From Eledone cirrhosa (Eukaryota): 64,000 bases of DNA. A model generated the notes under the pieces. That model did no database searches. It had not been told where the DNA came from and saw only the letters and a program-made list of their open reading frames with translations. A program made the translations under genes and the position numbers. The stretch spans positions 254,138,001 through 254,202,000 of the forward strand of contig OZ024740.1 of assembly GCA_964016885.1 (NCBI GenBank). The letters are read 5' to 3'. Positions 41,262 to 54,773 of this stretch are shown here, one piece after another. The first letter of the stretch is position 1. The number at the start of each line of letters is the position of its first letter.

Positions 41262-43710
41262 GGGTAACAAAATATTGTTATAGGTAATCCAGTTAGAGGT
41301 TGTGAATACTTCGTATTATGGATAGTTTTAGCGTATGGCGTTGTTTGACTCAACAAGGGGTTTACGTAGGTGGCGAGTTTGTGATTCACTTGTATTCCTA
41401 TGTAAGTTTATCTTGGAGTAATAATATTGAAAAAGTGAAGAATAACATGTTCAACAGTACAAAAAAGGGTTTTATTTACAGTCTGACAATTGTTTCACTG
41501 ATTAAGTTGTCTAAAAATTGCTGAACACTTGAAGCAGTGCCACTCAATTTTAAATACGTTGTTAGCCTAACCAGATCACCGGAGATAACTATTATATGTT
41601 CAGTATTTTTACGAATTCAAATTACAGCATCATTAATAATATTAATAATAAAGATAGAGATAGAAAAGAGAAAGAGCGATAGAGAGAAAAAAGAAAAAAA
41701 AAGAAAAAGGAGAAAGGAAAACAGAGAAAGATATAGAGAAAAAAGACAGAGAGAAAAGAGGAGAGAAAGAGGAGAGAAAAGGATAAAGAAGAAATAAAGG
41801 TAAAGAAAAATAGAAATAAAAATAAAGGGAAAATAATGATATCAACAATAAATGAATAAATGCTAATAAATAAGTGCTAATAAACAAGTTACATCACGGA
41901 TGATACAAACTAATACAAAATATGAAAATAAATAAATAAAAAATGTTTATATGTGTGAAAAAAAGTAAACATAGTAGGATTATTGAGAGTAGTTGTGGTG
42001 TTGGTGGTTAAAATATAGAGATACGAAGATATAAACATGAAAATGTTAAATATATTTATGAGTATTGGTTATTTTAATAAATTAATTATATAATTAATTA
42101 ATTATTTGATTAATTAATTACAAGTTATATTAGAAGTGAAAATAATACGATAAGATAAAATAAGATAAAATGCAAGAGATGAAATAAATATAGGGAGAGA
42201 AATATAAAGATAGAAAGTGAAAGAGAGAGAGATATAAAATATAAATATAGAATATAAAAGGTTATGATGTTGGTTCATTGACAGACGATGACAATTATAA
42301 TAATAATGATGATAATAGATCTAAGTGGTACAATTTAAGTTATGGAATAAATGGGATGAATTAAGTTGGTCTAAAGTTCTCAAATTTGGTCGCCGTTTTA
42401 TGCCTACAGAAAATAGTTCCTTCAATGTTGCTGTTAAGTAGCATTTTGTTGTATTTTAAAATTTGGAATAGCTCCATATTACAAAGACAACAGTGGGCCA
42501 TGCCAATTCTATAGGCTATTGCCGTTGATAACTTCGTCCAGCTGATTCTGTATTCCTGGTTTGCATCTTTGAGTTGCCAGATTTTATTGGCGAGTGTTGT
42601 TGTATTCATGAGCTTCCTTTTATTCATAGAGTGTCTATGGACATACCACATTTTCTTGAACTCCCCGCTGTGGAACCTATGTAGTGCCATGCTAAGCTGC
42701 CTGAATTTATAGTACATAGGTACAATATATTTGACTCCAGGCATATCTATTTTGTAATGGGCATTTGTCAGGTAGATGGCAGTTACATTTAGATGCCTTC
42801 CTATGTGCCGGTTCCTCGATATGGTTTTGTATGTTGTTATGATGGGCTGAGAATTGGGTTTGTTGATGTATTGTGGTGATGTGTTCTGACGTGTGTTTGG
42901 TTATGACGATGTTATGTGTTTGTGTTTTATATTTGGTGTTATTGTACTTGTTTGCGGGCTACTTGTATTATAAATTCTCTTATAGTTAATTTTATGTATG
43001 TGTAATTCTATGTTGTTGGCAGTGGAGTATGATAGTTTGATAGTTTTTCTAGATAGTTTTTCTAGTTAGATTTTATGATATTTATGAAGTTTAGGGAAGT
43101 GTTTGTCAACTAATTTAAAGAAAGTATAAGGTAGTTTTGTTTTTATAGAGGAGTTAAATATTGGATTGAACCATAAGTACTTTCTATTTCTGGATCTTCT
43201 ATAGTTTCTAGTGGTCCTTATATTAGTATTCGGTTCAATTAATTCTGGTGCTCGTTGCCAATTTCTATGTTTAGTCCTAGATGTGTTGCTTCTGTAGGTG
43301 TGGATAGTGTTATTTCTGTTAAGTGTGTTGTTATTTTTTCTATCTGGTATGTATTTGAGTCTCTCTTTATGGCCTGCCTTAAGTAAAGCTTTGTTGTAGT
43401 AGTTAGCGTGTTCGTTAAAAATCTCTAGATTAGAAGATAAGCGCGAGATTCTAAGGGATATACTATGTGCTATGGAGTTAATTATGGAGCGAGGGTGATT
43501 AGAGTTATAATTAATGTAAGCTAGATTTTCATTATGTTTATGGAAGGGTTCTATTAGGCCAAGTGTTTAGGGTAAGTGATACATCTAAGAAGTTAGCTTT
43601 TTTAGAGGTGAGTCCAAAAGTGATGCTAAGGCCTAATTTATTAAAGAATGTTCTAATCCTTTTCCGTAATCTTTCTAAGTTTTGATTATTTAGGTTTTTA
43701 GCTAAAAATA

Positions 43711-43713
<3 letters not shown>
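41262..43713 (-). mobile_element. Decayed Penelope-like element (RT thumb plus GIY-YIG-like C-terminus) bounded by (TA)n
   Basis: ORF 42361-42744 TTLANKIWQLKD...CCLCNME...LLN...CRH; upstream frames give NFLDVSL, YINYNSNHP and WFNP. Confidence 0.8.
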
Positions 43714-43749
<36 letters not shown>

Positions 43750-44018
43750 ATAATAATAAATTTGAAGACTAAAATCCAAAGAGGGCTCGATAAGGATAAA
43801 TATATATCAAATATATAAGAACCGTAGAGTAAATATTTATTAAAATAACAGATTAAAGTTTAAGCAAAGATTCGCTGCTTTCACCCTTTCCAGTTAAGAG
43901 TGAAAGCAGCGATTCTTTGCTTAAACTTTAATATGTTATTTTAATAAATATATACATATGTATATATATATATGTATATATACATATATCATGAAACGTA
44001 TGCATAAATATAAGTAAT

Positions 44019-44196
44019 TGTTTCTACTTTTGGCACAAGGCCAGCAATTACCCAGTACATTACTGGTACTTTATTTTATCGACCCCGTAAGGATGAAAAG
44101 CAAAGTGAACCTCGGCGGGATTTGAACTCAGACCGTAAAGGGACGTAATTATGCTGGAAAGCATGGCGTCCGACTCTCTACCGATACTGCCAATCC
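44019..44196 (-). mobile_element. tRNA-derived SINE (family A) with 12 bp TSD
   Basis: TSD AATATAAGTAAT at 44007-44018 and 44197-44208. Confidence 0.9.
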
Positions 44197-44681
44197 AATA
44201 TAAGTAATGTTATCAAAATACAAACAAAAAATGTTATCTTAGAAAATATGTAATATATGATAATATAAAATCATATATAAAATATCATAATTAGAATATT
44301 ATTTTGAAGTAAATTCTAGAATAAACGGTAAAAATATAACTTAATTCTCTAACCTAAGAAATATTAGAGTTATCTTTTATTTTGAAAGGAAGCACACTTA
44401 CACATATTTTCTAAGTAACAGCTAAACTTTACATAAATATTATAATTTATTAAAATATCGTAAATTTATTCCTATCTTGATACAATTATTGAATATATAA
44501 AATAGTGTACATCTTCTATTCTAAAATAAAACTACTTCCATTTTCTCAAACCATATATTGAAAATGTAAACAAAAATTTATCGTAACTCTTCATATATAA
44601 AAAATATATAAATTATCTAAATAAACAACATATATACTCACCAAAATTATTTATATATATATAACTAACCTGTCGTAATAT

Positions 44682-44861
44682 AATTGTTTCTACTATTGGC
44701 ACAAGGCCAGCAATTACCCAGTACATTACTGGTACTTTATTTTATCCACCCCGTAAAGATGAAAGGCAAAGTTAACCTCGGCGGGATTTGAACTCAGAAT
44801 GGCAAAGGCCGTAACTCTATGCGTCAAAGCATGGCGTCCGACCCTCTACCGATACTGCCAA
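44682..44861 (-). mobile_element. tRNA-derived SINE (family A)
   Basis: Matches the other family A copies. Confidence 0.85.
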
Positions 44862-45186
44862 ATAAAATAAAATATACTTACAACTCTAATATACGTAAAA
44901 TATACTAATAAATATTAATAGAATAGACCCAATCGTATATATGAAAACAATGTATCTCTCACATTTTAAGTTAATATTTTCTCACTTTAACACATTTATA
45001 ATTCACACATTATATTGTAAATACTTCCAAAATATATAATTAAATAATAAAATAAATATAAATAAATATAATTATTTCACTCTCTCTACACCGTCACAAA
45101 TATGCTCCATACAATTATGTACATATATTAATAGTCTATTATTAACTCTAATATTTTTTTTTCTTATATTCTTTCATTAAATTTCT

Positions 45187-45367
45187 GGTGGATTGGCAGT
45201 ATCGGTAGAGGGTTTGACGCCATGCTTTCCAGCATAGTTACGTCCCTTTATGATCTGAGTTCAAATCCCGCCGAGGTTGACTTTGCCTTTCATCCTTACG
45301 GGGTCGATAAAATAAAGTACCAGTAATGCACTGGGTAATTGTTGGCCTTGTGCCTAAAGTAGAAACA
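45187..45367 (+). mobile_element. tRNA-derived SINE (family A) with 11 bp TSD
   Basis: A box TGGCAGTATCGG, B box GAGTTCAAATCC, Meta/MESC-like core GCCTTTCATCCTTACGGGGTCGATAAAAT; TSD ATTAAATTTCT. Confidence 0.9.
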
Positions 45368-45500
45368 ATTAAATTTCTTCTACCCTAATAATAACCTATA
45401 TTTCCTCTTCCTTTAAAAATTAATCCTAATAATTATTTAAATTTACCTAGCGTCTAAACATAACGATCTTTTTCAATTTTAACGTTATCCCCATTAGCAT

Positions 45501-45997
45501 TGTACAGTCACCGGAAATAACATGTCCTTACCAGTGAAATAAACAACTCTATCTATCTGCTTCTCTAGCTACCTATCTGTCATTTCCTAGTGAAACAAAC
45601 AACTCTACTGCCTACCTAGCTACCTCACCCCAGTGAAACAAACAACCCTTAGGCCACCAAAATAAAACGCCTACACAGCGGCTAAACATCAAACGATTAT
45701 TTTTGTATAAATAGGGTGGTTCCAAACGCTTTCGCCAGTCGACCTTTGGCAGAGTCAGCTAGCGTATCGTTGTTTCTCTCCTCTGCCACACATGTCACTC
45801 ACACACGCCTTGTACCTCTGTATCGTCGCTTCATGTGTGGAATAAATCGCTGAACGAAACTACATCTCTTGCCTGCTCGTCCTTTCAATTTCTTCCTTCG
45901 TCTGTTCATCCTTACCGTATGCGGTAACAGTCCTTATAAGGGCTATTCTCAGATCCGATCAGAAGTAGTGACCAGACCCATTAACCACGTCACTACA
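45501..45997 (+). mobile_element. Solo LTR
   Basis: TGTA...TACA termini, 4 bp TSD GCAT, TATAAA at ~45706, AATAAA at 45841. Confidence 0.8.
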
Positions 45998-46210
45998 GCA
46001 TATTCATTCTATGATTTGAAGTTCTTCACTATTCAAAGAGAACTCAAAACACTAAGTTCTTGTTTTGAATAGGTCACTATCTGTACTGTAAAAACAACTT
46101 TTGTATTATATCTGATGAGTGCGTACCAATAATTTTGATACCCTTCAAATATATATAATAAAATAAATATGGTTTTATGAAGATTGTTTCCATTTATTAA
46201 TATCATTCAT

Positions 46211-46311
<101 letters not shown>

Positions 46312-46312
46312 G

Positions 46313-46353
<41 letters not shown>

Positions 46354-46491
46354 TCTATAAGCAGAAGGATATTCAATTGGTTGGTAATTCAACAAATATA
46401 AATGTTTACAACTGATTCAGAGCACTCGACTTCTGGAGTCTAATATTCAATGATATTAAATAAATGGAAACTATATTTATAAAACCATATT

Positions 46492-46552
46492 TATTCTATT
46501 ATATATATTTCAAGGGTACCAAAACGTTGGTACGCTTTCATCAGATAAAATA
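46492..46552 (-). ncRNA. Minimal type I hammerhead (family of 1293); degenerate copy at ~46104-46165 on plus
   Basis: Reverse complement TATTTTAT-CTGATGA-AAGCGTACCAACGTTTTGGTACCCTT-GAAA-TATATA-TA-ATAGAATA. Confidence 0.8.
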
Positions 46553-46869
46553 CATAGTGTGTTTTATAAATTTTGACATAACTAAGGAACATACCTTAAC
46601 GGTTGGAGCTTTCCTTGGATGTATGTATATATATATGTATGTATGTATATATATATATATATATATATATAAAGGTTTACATATATATATAAAGTCATAG
46701 ATATATATATGTGTTTGCAACGGGTCACTTTGTGGCTCAATGAAGAATTAATAAATTAAATAATCAGAGCTATATATCATAAAACATGTCTATAGAATCA
46801 CCAGATAGCCATTTTTGAATGTATTCTTGGCGCGATCACTTTGGAAAATTAATTGTCTAAATTTGAGCT

Positions 46870-46948
46870 AACTCCTGAAGAATCCGAAGCTCTAGATATC
46901 CTATGTTATCGGATGTCTTAAAATGCGGACGAAACCATGGTAGATGTA
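46870..46948 (+). ncRNA. Hammerhead-like fold (family of 1734)
   Basis: CTGAAGA-ATCCG...CGGAC-GAAA-CCATGG-TA; palindromic stem III, weak stem I. Confidence 0.55.
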
Positions 46949-47224
46949 ATTAAATATGTACACTTTTCTTCTAGTTTATTTTACACCTAATTCTGTTTAG
47001 TTGACTGTATATCTGGTCGATTTATACATGCTGTAGAAATATTCGATAAATACTCCATGGTAACCGCCGCGAAGGGGCTGCTTTCGGTTATTTGTCGAAG
47101 ATTTCTTCATAGGAGCCTTTATTCTTATAGCTTGATTTAATTGATTTTTTTTATATGGTTAATTATACTAATTGGGAGAGGAAACGGTATATATTTTATC
47201 TGGTGATTCTATAGACATGTTTTA

Positions 47225-47282
<58 letters not shown>

Positions 47283-48129
47283 CTATATATATATACAAAC
47301 ATATATATATGTATGTATACGTATATACATATATGTATACAGACGTACAGTAGTATGTATATACATACATATATGCACACATATATATATGTACGTATGG
47401 GCTTACCGAACATTTATTATAATGTTCGGTTTATTTGTAAACAAACAGCCAGAATTAAGTCGGACAGTGTTCGGAAACCATCGTTGCCCTTTTGTTCAAC
47501 ACTGACAAAGGATCGATGAAGTAGTTTCTAGCTTATTAGCTGTCATCAGCACTGTATACCTTCCTGTCAGTCGATTGAACGTTTAAAGGTTCCCTGGCAA
47601 AGAACGGAAAAAAACGAATATATTATTTGGAGCGGTGAAAAAAAATTACACGCAAAGACAAAACCACGTTTATGGTATAAAAGAAGTCGTACACTAATAT
47701 TCTATTAGGTGGTTCATAGAGACATTCTCAGGCAATGAACGGAAAAAACGAAGATAATACGTCATATGTGGAGCGGAGAGAACAATTGCACGCAAAGACA
47801 AAACCACATAACTGAAGTCGTAGACTAAAATTCTAACTAGGAAACCGAATGATTCTCGGCTTCAGAGTTAAGAATAAAGTAAATAAAATACAGAGGTAAT
47901 TGAGATAAATAAATACATACATGCATCGATATACGTACATACACAAGCATACGCAAAACACTCGCCATAGGTATACAAATACACGCATGTACACAAAAAA
48001 AAATTTGGTGTATACATTCGTATACACCAAATACACATAAAAATATATATTTAAAAATATATATATATGTGTGTGTGTGTGCAACGTTTTTTGAAATATT
48101 CACTTCTGCGTTCACAGATTTACTTTGGT

Positions 48130-48180
48130 AGTTTCAGAAGATCCCGTTAAGGGTGAAAGCAGCGATTCTTTGCTTAAACT
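48130..48180 (+). ncRNA. Hammerhead-like fold with CAGAAGA core
   Basis: AGTTT-CAGAAGA-TCCCGTTAAGGGT-GAAA-GCA..TGC-TT-AAACT. Confidence 0.6.
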
Positions 48181-48305
48181 TTAATCTGTTATTTTAATAA
48201 ATATTTGCTCTACGGTTCTTATATATTTGATATATATTTATCCTTATCGAGCCCTCTTTGGATTTTAGTCTTCAAATTTATTATTATTACTATATATATA
48301 TATAT

Positions 48306-48666
48306 ATTAGTAAAAAGGAAAAGAAAATGCTGACAAGTTTTTCCCAGTGATAAATAGTTTAATTAGGAATAAGTATAAATTAGTAATAAGTATTAGTTAG
48401 TATTCGGTTGCGCATTTCTTATGCTTTTCAAAAATAATTTTGAGATAGAATACTCGTGCTTTTTGCTCTAATCAGATTAGAGCAAAAATCACGAGCACTC
48501 TATCTCAAAATCATTTTTGAAAAGCATAAGAAATGCGAAACTGATAAAAACTTAAAACTAAAACTGAATACTAACTAATACTTATTACTAATTTATACTT
48601 ATTCCTAATTAAACTATTTTTCACTGGGAAAAGCTTGTCAGCATTTTCTTTTCCTTTTTACTAATA
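48306..48666. mobile_element. Foldback palindrome with a 1 nt centre near 48474
   Basis: TTTTGCTCTAATC-A-GATTAGAGCAAAA centre; arms of ~165 bp. Confidence 0.8.
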
Positions 48667-48780
48667 TATCACAACTCGTATTTCACACCTCTATTTTTTT
48701 AAATAGGAAAAGATCATTAAGCAAAGAAATTTCAAATCCATCAACAATAAGGGCAAAAATCGATCATGATCATTCCCCCC

Positions 48781-51330
48781 TCTCTATAATTTAACTGCTT
48801 TACTCTCTCCACTCCCTATATGACAACACTGCAGGGAGAGAAACAATGTTTATGATCAAATGGAGCGTTCCGTATATTCCCTCTCTCTATAATTTAACTG
48901 TTTTACTCTCTCTGTCGCTCTTCGCTCCCTATATGACAACACTGCAGTGGAGCGTTCCGTATTGACATACGGCTTATCTGGGGCATTTTCAATCGGTTTA
49001 TTGCAAATAACAACCTGCAAAATAACACTTCATATAACAGATTAATGCTATAGACATATGAATCGGAATGTAACCCGTGAACTTTTTCCTGGGCAAAATT
49101 ATTCGAACAGACATGACCTCATTGCCAGAGTGTTCGGACTGAAACTGGCTAAACTCATGGCTTTAATCAAAAAGGGTCAGGTATTTGGGGCTGTAAAATG
49201 TGACATGTTCACTGTCGAATGGCAAAAACGAGGGCTGCTACATGCTTACATACAGCTGATAAAATCAATTCAAATGCCACAGACAGCTTCATTTCGGCTG
49301 AAATTCCTTACCCAACAACTGACCAGGACTTACATGACATCGTCAAAGCTAACATGGTCCGTGTGCGTCGGGTCCTAATGAGCATCACACGTGTCTGAAA
49401 GGGGGGTCGTGCAGTAAGGAATACCCAAAAAGATTGGTTGACCATACTCAGACTGGTGGCGACGGGTACCCCCTGTACAGGCGGAGATGGCCCGAGAACG
49501 GTGGCTTCACCACAACAGTAAAGGGAGGTCAAGTCGACAATAGATGGGTGGTCCCTTACTGTCCGCTTCTCTTGAAGATGTTTAATGCCCACATTAACGT
49601 TGAGTTTTGCAGGTCCGTCAAGTCGATAAAATACATATGCAAATATGTAAATAAGGGCTCTGATGTCTCAATTTTCGCATTTCAAGCTGAAAATAGCAGA
49701 GACGAGGTCACAGAATACCTGGCGGGGCGGTACATCAGTAACAATGAAGCTTTTTGGCGCCTATTTATTTTACCCCTACACCAACGGCACACCGCCATCG
49801 TACAGCTTGCGGTACATTTGGAAAATGGGCAAAGCGTTTTCTTTACGGACCAAACCGCCGCCGATCCGAAAGAGTCCACTCTGACAGGTTTCTTCAAACT
49901 TTACCAGTTCAATACATTTGCGCAAACAATTGTGTACCCCCAGGTTCCATCCTATGGTTGAAAAACACTTGGGTGCGAAGAAAGTCAGGTCAGGCTGTTG
50001 AAAGACATCCTGGTGTAAAATTTGACAGCTGCCTTGGAAGGGTTTACACTGTGCCCCCAAGTCAGCATGAGTGCTTTCATCTCCGCCTTCTTCTGCATGA
50101 AGTTATAGGCCCACAATGTTTTCAGGACTTCAAAACTGTTGATGGAGAAATATGTGATACGTACCGGGAAGCCTGCTTTAAGCGTGGTCTTTTGGAAGAT
50201 GATTCGCAATGAGATTCCACTTTAGTAGAGGGTGCTTTGTTGAAATCACCTAAAGGTCTACGGGAACTCTTTGCCATTTTGCTTCAAAAGTGTGAATTGG
50301 GTGACACCAAATCTTTATGGGTCAAGTACAGAGACTTCATGTCTGAGGACTTCCTGCGCCTGGCTCATCTGCAGTATACTTCAGTGAAAGTTGGTTACAG
50401 CGACATTATCTACAACAGGGCACTCATTGATATCGAGGACGCCCTCCTCGACATGGGTGGGAGTGAGTTGGCGACGTATGGCTTGCCGTCAACCGTCAGA
50501 GAGGAAGCTAACACGTTGGCCCCGGACTTGTTGCGGGAAACACCATATGACATCGAATCTCTTTCCCATTACTTAGAGGAAATGAGCCCAAACTTATATC
50601 GGACCAAAGGTTGGCCTATTTAACTATCATTAACGCGGTTCAAAATCAGACTGGGGGTATTTACTTTCTCGATACTCCTGGGGGTACCGGAAAAACTTTA
50701 GTAATGAAATTGATTCTCGCTAAGATTCGTCAGGAGAGGGGAGAATGTTTCCATTCCAAGGATGACCCTTTTCCCCTCGGCATCAGATATCCCGTTCGAT
50801 TTCCGGCGATCCCAATTCCCGGTGAGACCATGTTTTGCCATGTCCATTAACAAGTCACAAGGGCAAACATTGTCGGTGGCGGGCATCCATTTGGGGGAGC
50901 CATGCTTCTCCCATGGCCAACTTTATGTTGTCTGTTCCCTCGTAGGGACCAGGAATGGACTTTTTGCTTACACTCCTCAAGGGATGACACGCAATAACGT
51001 GCTATAGATGTTGATGCACGTGTTGGAGGTGTTGGAGCTATGCCGTCTGGAAAACTATTTCCTGGTAGGGTCACGCATGGCGGACAGATCTGACACCCAG
51101 CGGCATCAGGGCCACCATCTTGCAACTTTGGTCTACTAAATTCGCTATTGGAAGATTATTAACCCATCATTGATTGTCCAAAATGCTAATTGGTTCGTAA
51201 CTTTTAATAACCGGTTCAACTGCTTTATGCACTTAATTGATAAGCTTATTCGCTTTCAAGCCACGTTTGCCTGTATGTAACTTTTCATAGCAAATGAACA
51301 AACCCGAGCAACGCCGGGCTAAACTGCTAC
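48781..51330 (+). mobile_element. Decayed, internally deleted Helitron (Rep/Pif1 helicase)
   Basis: VEWQKRGLLHA (Rep motif 2), DNRWVVPY, KYICKYVNKG, FLDTPGGTGKT, FAMSINKSQGQTL; 3' hairpin CCCGAGCAACGCCGGG followed by CTAC. The 5' boundary is tentative. Confidence 0.9.
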
Positions 51331-51602
51331 TTTTTACATCTGTAACTTCTTTACCTATTTATCATATATATTTTATTATTGATGTTATTGTTTTGATTAT
51401 ACGCTATTTCTCTATATATATCTTGCCATGTGTGAATTATTTTTGTATTCTGAGGATTTGATCAGAGGTAAATAATGTAATGGAGATCGAGTGACGCAAC
51501 TTCGAGCGATTAGCGACCTCTAGACTCACCTGATCAATTAAACAATTGTTAATAGCGGAAATAAAGCCCCTTGTTGTAGAGCCAACCATGTTACACTTCA
51601 TT

Positions 51603-51678
<76 letters not shown>

Positions 51679-51754
51679 GTGTATATATAAACATATATAT
51701 ATATACATGTAAAAGAAACCAAAGAACGCCTACATACTCAAACAGTTTTTATTT

Positions 51755-51799
51755 GCTTACAATGTTTCATCCATACCGTTTGGTATGAATCCTCAGAGC
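51755..51799 (-). ncRNA. Minimal type I hammerhead; related degenerate copy at 59484-59528 on plus
   Basis: GCT-CTGAGGA-TTCATACC AAAC GGTATGGAT-GAAA-CATTG-TA-AGC. Confidence 0.7.
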
Positions 51800-52764
51800 T
51801 TAATAAACAGTGCTGAGTATAAGTTCCACCAAGCTTAGTCACACGAACAATCAGAATACAATAGAGGGTAAAGATAGGGAGATCGGAGATGGCGAACAAG
51901 GAGGGGGTACATGTTGAGGTTGTTAAGCACCACAGCTAAACGCTAGGGCACAAGCAGATTTCACAAGATGCAGATACAATTGATGGCACACAAAAGCAAA
52001 AAATACAAGCAATGATTAAAACATAATAAAAAAAACTAATAATAATAATAAAATAATAAAAAAAATATATAAAGGAAGATAATATAAAGAGATAAAAAGT
52101 TAATAAAACGGTAAAAAAATTGTTTTTAATTTTTAAAAAGAAAGAAATGAAAACAGAAAGAAGAAAAATGCTTTAAGCACATAAAGAAGCCAGAGGAATT
52201 TAAGCGCTGGTCCCTAATAAAACGAGTGAATAGGATCTTCGTAACTTATAGTTATATAAGCACTAAGAGGTTCTTATCCAAGCATAAAGACAGGTATCAC
52301 ATAAATTCAAGCCATACACAAGCAAGTTAGGGTTATTACAGGATAGAGCTGAGTATAACAAGAATATAGACAGGCCCCACATATAAAGCAAACTATACAC
52401 AAGCAAATCGGGGTTATTGTAAGATAGAACTGAAGCAAAAGCCCCACAATCTTATTTTAGTTACTGTAAAACCAACTGGCAAAGAGATACTACACATGTA
52501 TATTAGCCGTATAGGCTAGACCAATCGGTTACAATGTCCCGAATGTCTAGGGGTTAGATAGAAATAGGATTGTCAGTAAATAACAAATCAGTCTAAATAA
52601 TACAACATATGTAGATCAAAAATAGTTGGATATAAACTATCACAAAATAGTTGGATATAAACTATCACTCAAACATAACATCACATCCAGTAACAGGAAT
52701 TACATGCTGGATTTATACATAAAAAAAACCCTTATGTATAAGAACCCAGGCCGTATATCATAAT

Positions 52765-52941
52765 TGTTTCTACTTTTTGGCACAAGGCCAGCAAATACCC
52801 AGTGTATTACTGGTACTTTATTTTATCGACCCCGTAAGGATGAAAGGCAAAGTCAACCTCAGCGGGGTTTGAACTCAGATCGTTAAGGGACGTAACTATG
52901 CTGGAAAGCATGGCATCCGACCCTCTACCAATACTGCCAAT
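52765..52941 (-). mobile_element. tRNA-derived SINE (family A) with 19 bp TSD
   Basis: TSD CCAGGCCGTATATCATAAT at 52746-52764 and 52942-52960. Confidence 0.92.
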
Positions 52942-53531
52942 CCAGGCCGTATATCATAATGTGTTCAAGTTTCAGTTCAAAATTCAATCCAACCAAAGTC
53001 TCCACACACAATCCAGTCACGATCTCGTCAAAAACAATGGCTGGTAACAGCAGCAGCGATTAGAACACGTGGGTAACAATCTATACAAAACAGAAAAGAA
53101 AATAACACAAAGTGCCCAAATCATTAAATCCACAAGGTACCCTAGCATCTCTGCTAGGTGGGGTCAAGCCCAAAGATATATACAGAGATTATAAAGATTA
53201 TAAAGGACAGCCTACATACCACGTAAATTTATAAATCTGGCTCTCGATAACAGGTTACCTCGTTTATCGCTGCTAAGTGTATAAAAATGCACATCAGTTG
53301 ATGGCGTTTTTAGTCGTCAAATAATGACGTGAATAAAGGGGGACTACTCTAATTTGTCGTCTATAAGGTTATTGAATTCAGACTGCAAACAAAATAAAAA
53401 TAAATAGAAAAAATAATATTTAATCACCAACGGACCTCATACTAATTCGACAGATTCATGCTAAAAAAACTATATTGTTATTAAGTATTAATGGACCTGC
53501 AGCGTTGTCAAGTGTCTCACATTAAATATAA

Positions 53532-53575
<44 letters not shown>

Positions 53576-53585
53576 AACCAGTAAG

Positions 53586-53679
53586 ACCCCGACAGCTGAG
53601 CTCAAGCCGTTTCGACGGCTAATTCTGGACTAAATGAAAATTTATCCTGGTATTTAAATAGCCGATCTTCTCAAGGGGT
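53586..53679 (-). ncRNA. Hammerhead with U3-A8 core (TTGAGAA), sense to the PLE ORF
   Basis: Reverse complement of 57305-57398. Confidence 0.75.
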
Positions 53680-54773
53680 AATTCCATATATGGTCAAAGT
53701 GATTGTCAAAAATCAGTAGTAATTCTGTGGTTGCAAATTAGTAGGGGAGATGGTGGCTAAACCTGCCAGTAGGAGAAAGAGGGGAGGGGGTGGAGTAGAC
53801 CCAATCAAGCGTTGGTAGTGCCAGCTACAGCTGGGCATGAGGTCAAAGAAGATACAGGGGAGGGGGAGTGGGAGGAAGTCGGAACGGTAGGTAGAACAAT
53901 GGGGGGTAGAAATATATAGGAAAGAAAAAATACTGAGAGTGAAGAAAAGCAAATAAGTGTAAAGAAAAAAGTAAAGTAAATTAAATTCTACGACCTAGGT
54001 CTCAGGCTATTGTTAGGCTAGAATAAAATAAAGAAAGAAAGAAAGAAGTAAAGAAATAAAGAAATAAAGAAATAACGAAATAAGTAAAAGAACTAGGTGG
54101 GACGGATTAGGCAAGGACCCTTTTAAGAGGTATAAGTACGTAAATGATACGGTGACGGGTCAACAAAAGGGGCCAAAATACTAAAGAGACTACCACGAAA
54201 TAAACAATAAAGGTTTCCATCCCGGGCCAGCAACGACCCAGTGCAGCAAAGTGAACTTGTACGAGATAATAATTCTGAGTCCCAAGAAAAATATATACTA
54301 ATGCTAACTCTAAAAGATCTAAAACAAGCTATATGAAAGTTCGTACGAAATAAAGGTAGAATACGGAGAAATAAATTCAGAATCCACCCCGCCCAGAAGA
54401 AAAGCGAAGCAAGAAATACTGAAACGAAAAAATAAGGCATAAGTGCCACTAAGAAATATAGAGGGCACAGAGAATAGTGGGAGCGGTCGGAAAAAGGGGG
54501 CAAGTATCCGGGGTCTAAGCCAACTGCTATAAAGGGCGGAGTCCGCCAAATCTATCATAGACTAGGGGAGGGGGGGGGTACTAAGGCTACATGGGGCCAA
54601 AGGGCAGCCTCGGGTGGGCGAGAAAAGACGCCGACAAAGGAGAAGAGCTGGGGTAGAAGGACTAAGGAGAGAGGGGGGAGGGAAATAAAGGAAGCGATAA
54701 AAGAATACAAAGAAGATCTTACGTCTCCCTTGGCAAGCAGGGGTTACCCATTGCAAAATCGGCAAGTGGGGTG

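Noticed and set aside
54123-54765. ORFs duplicated on both strands (also 56242-57271)
   Set aside because: They are chance ORFs in the PLE UTR, duplicated by the inverted pLTR.
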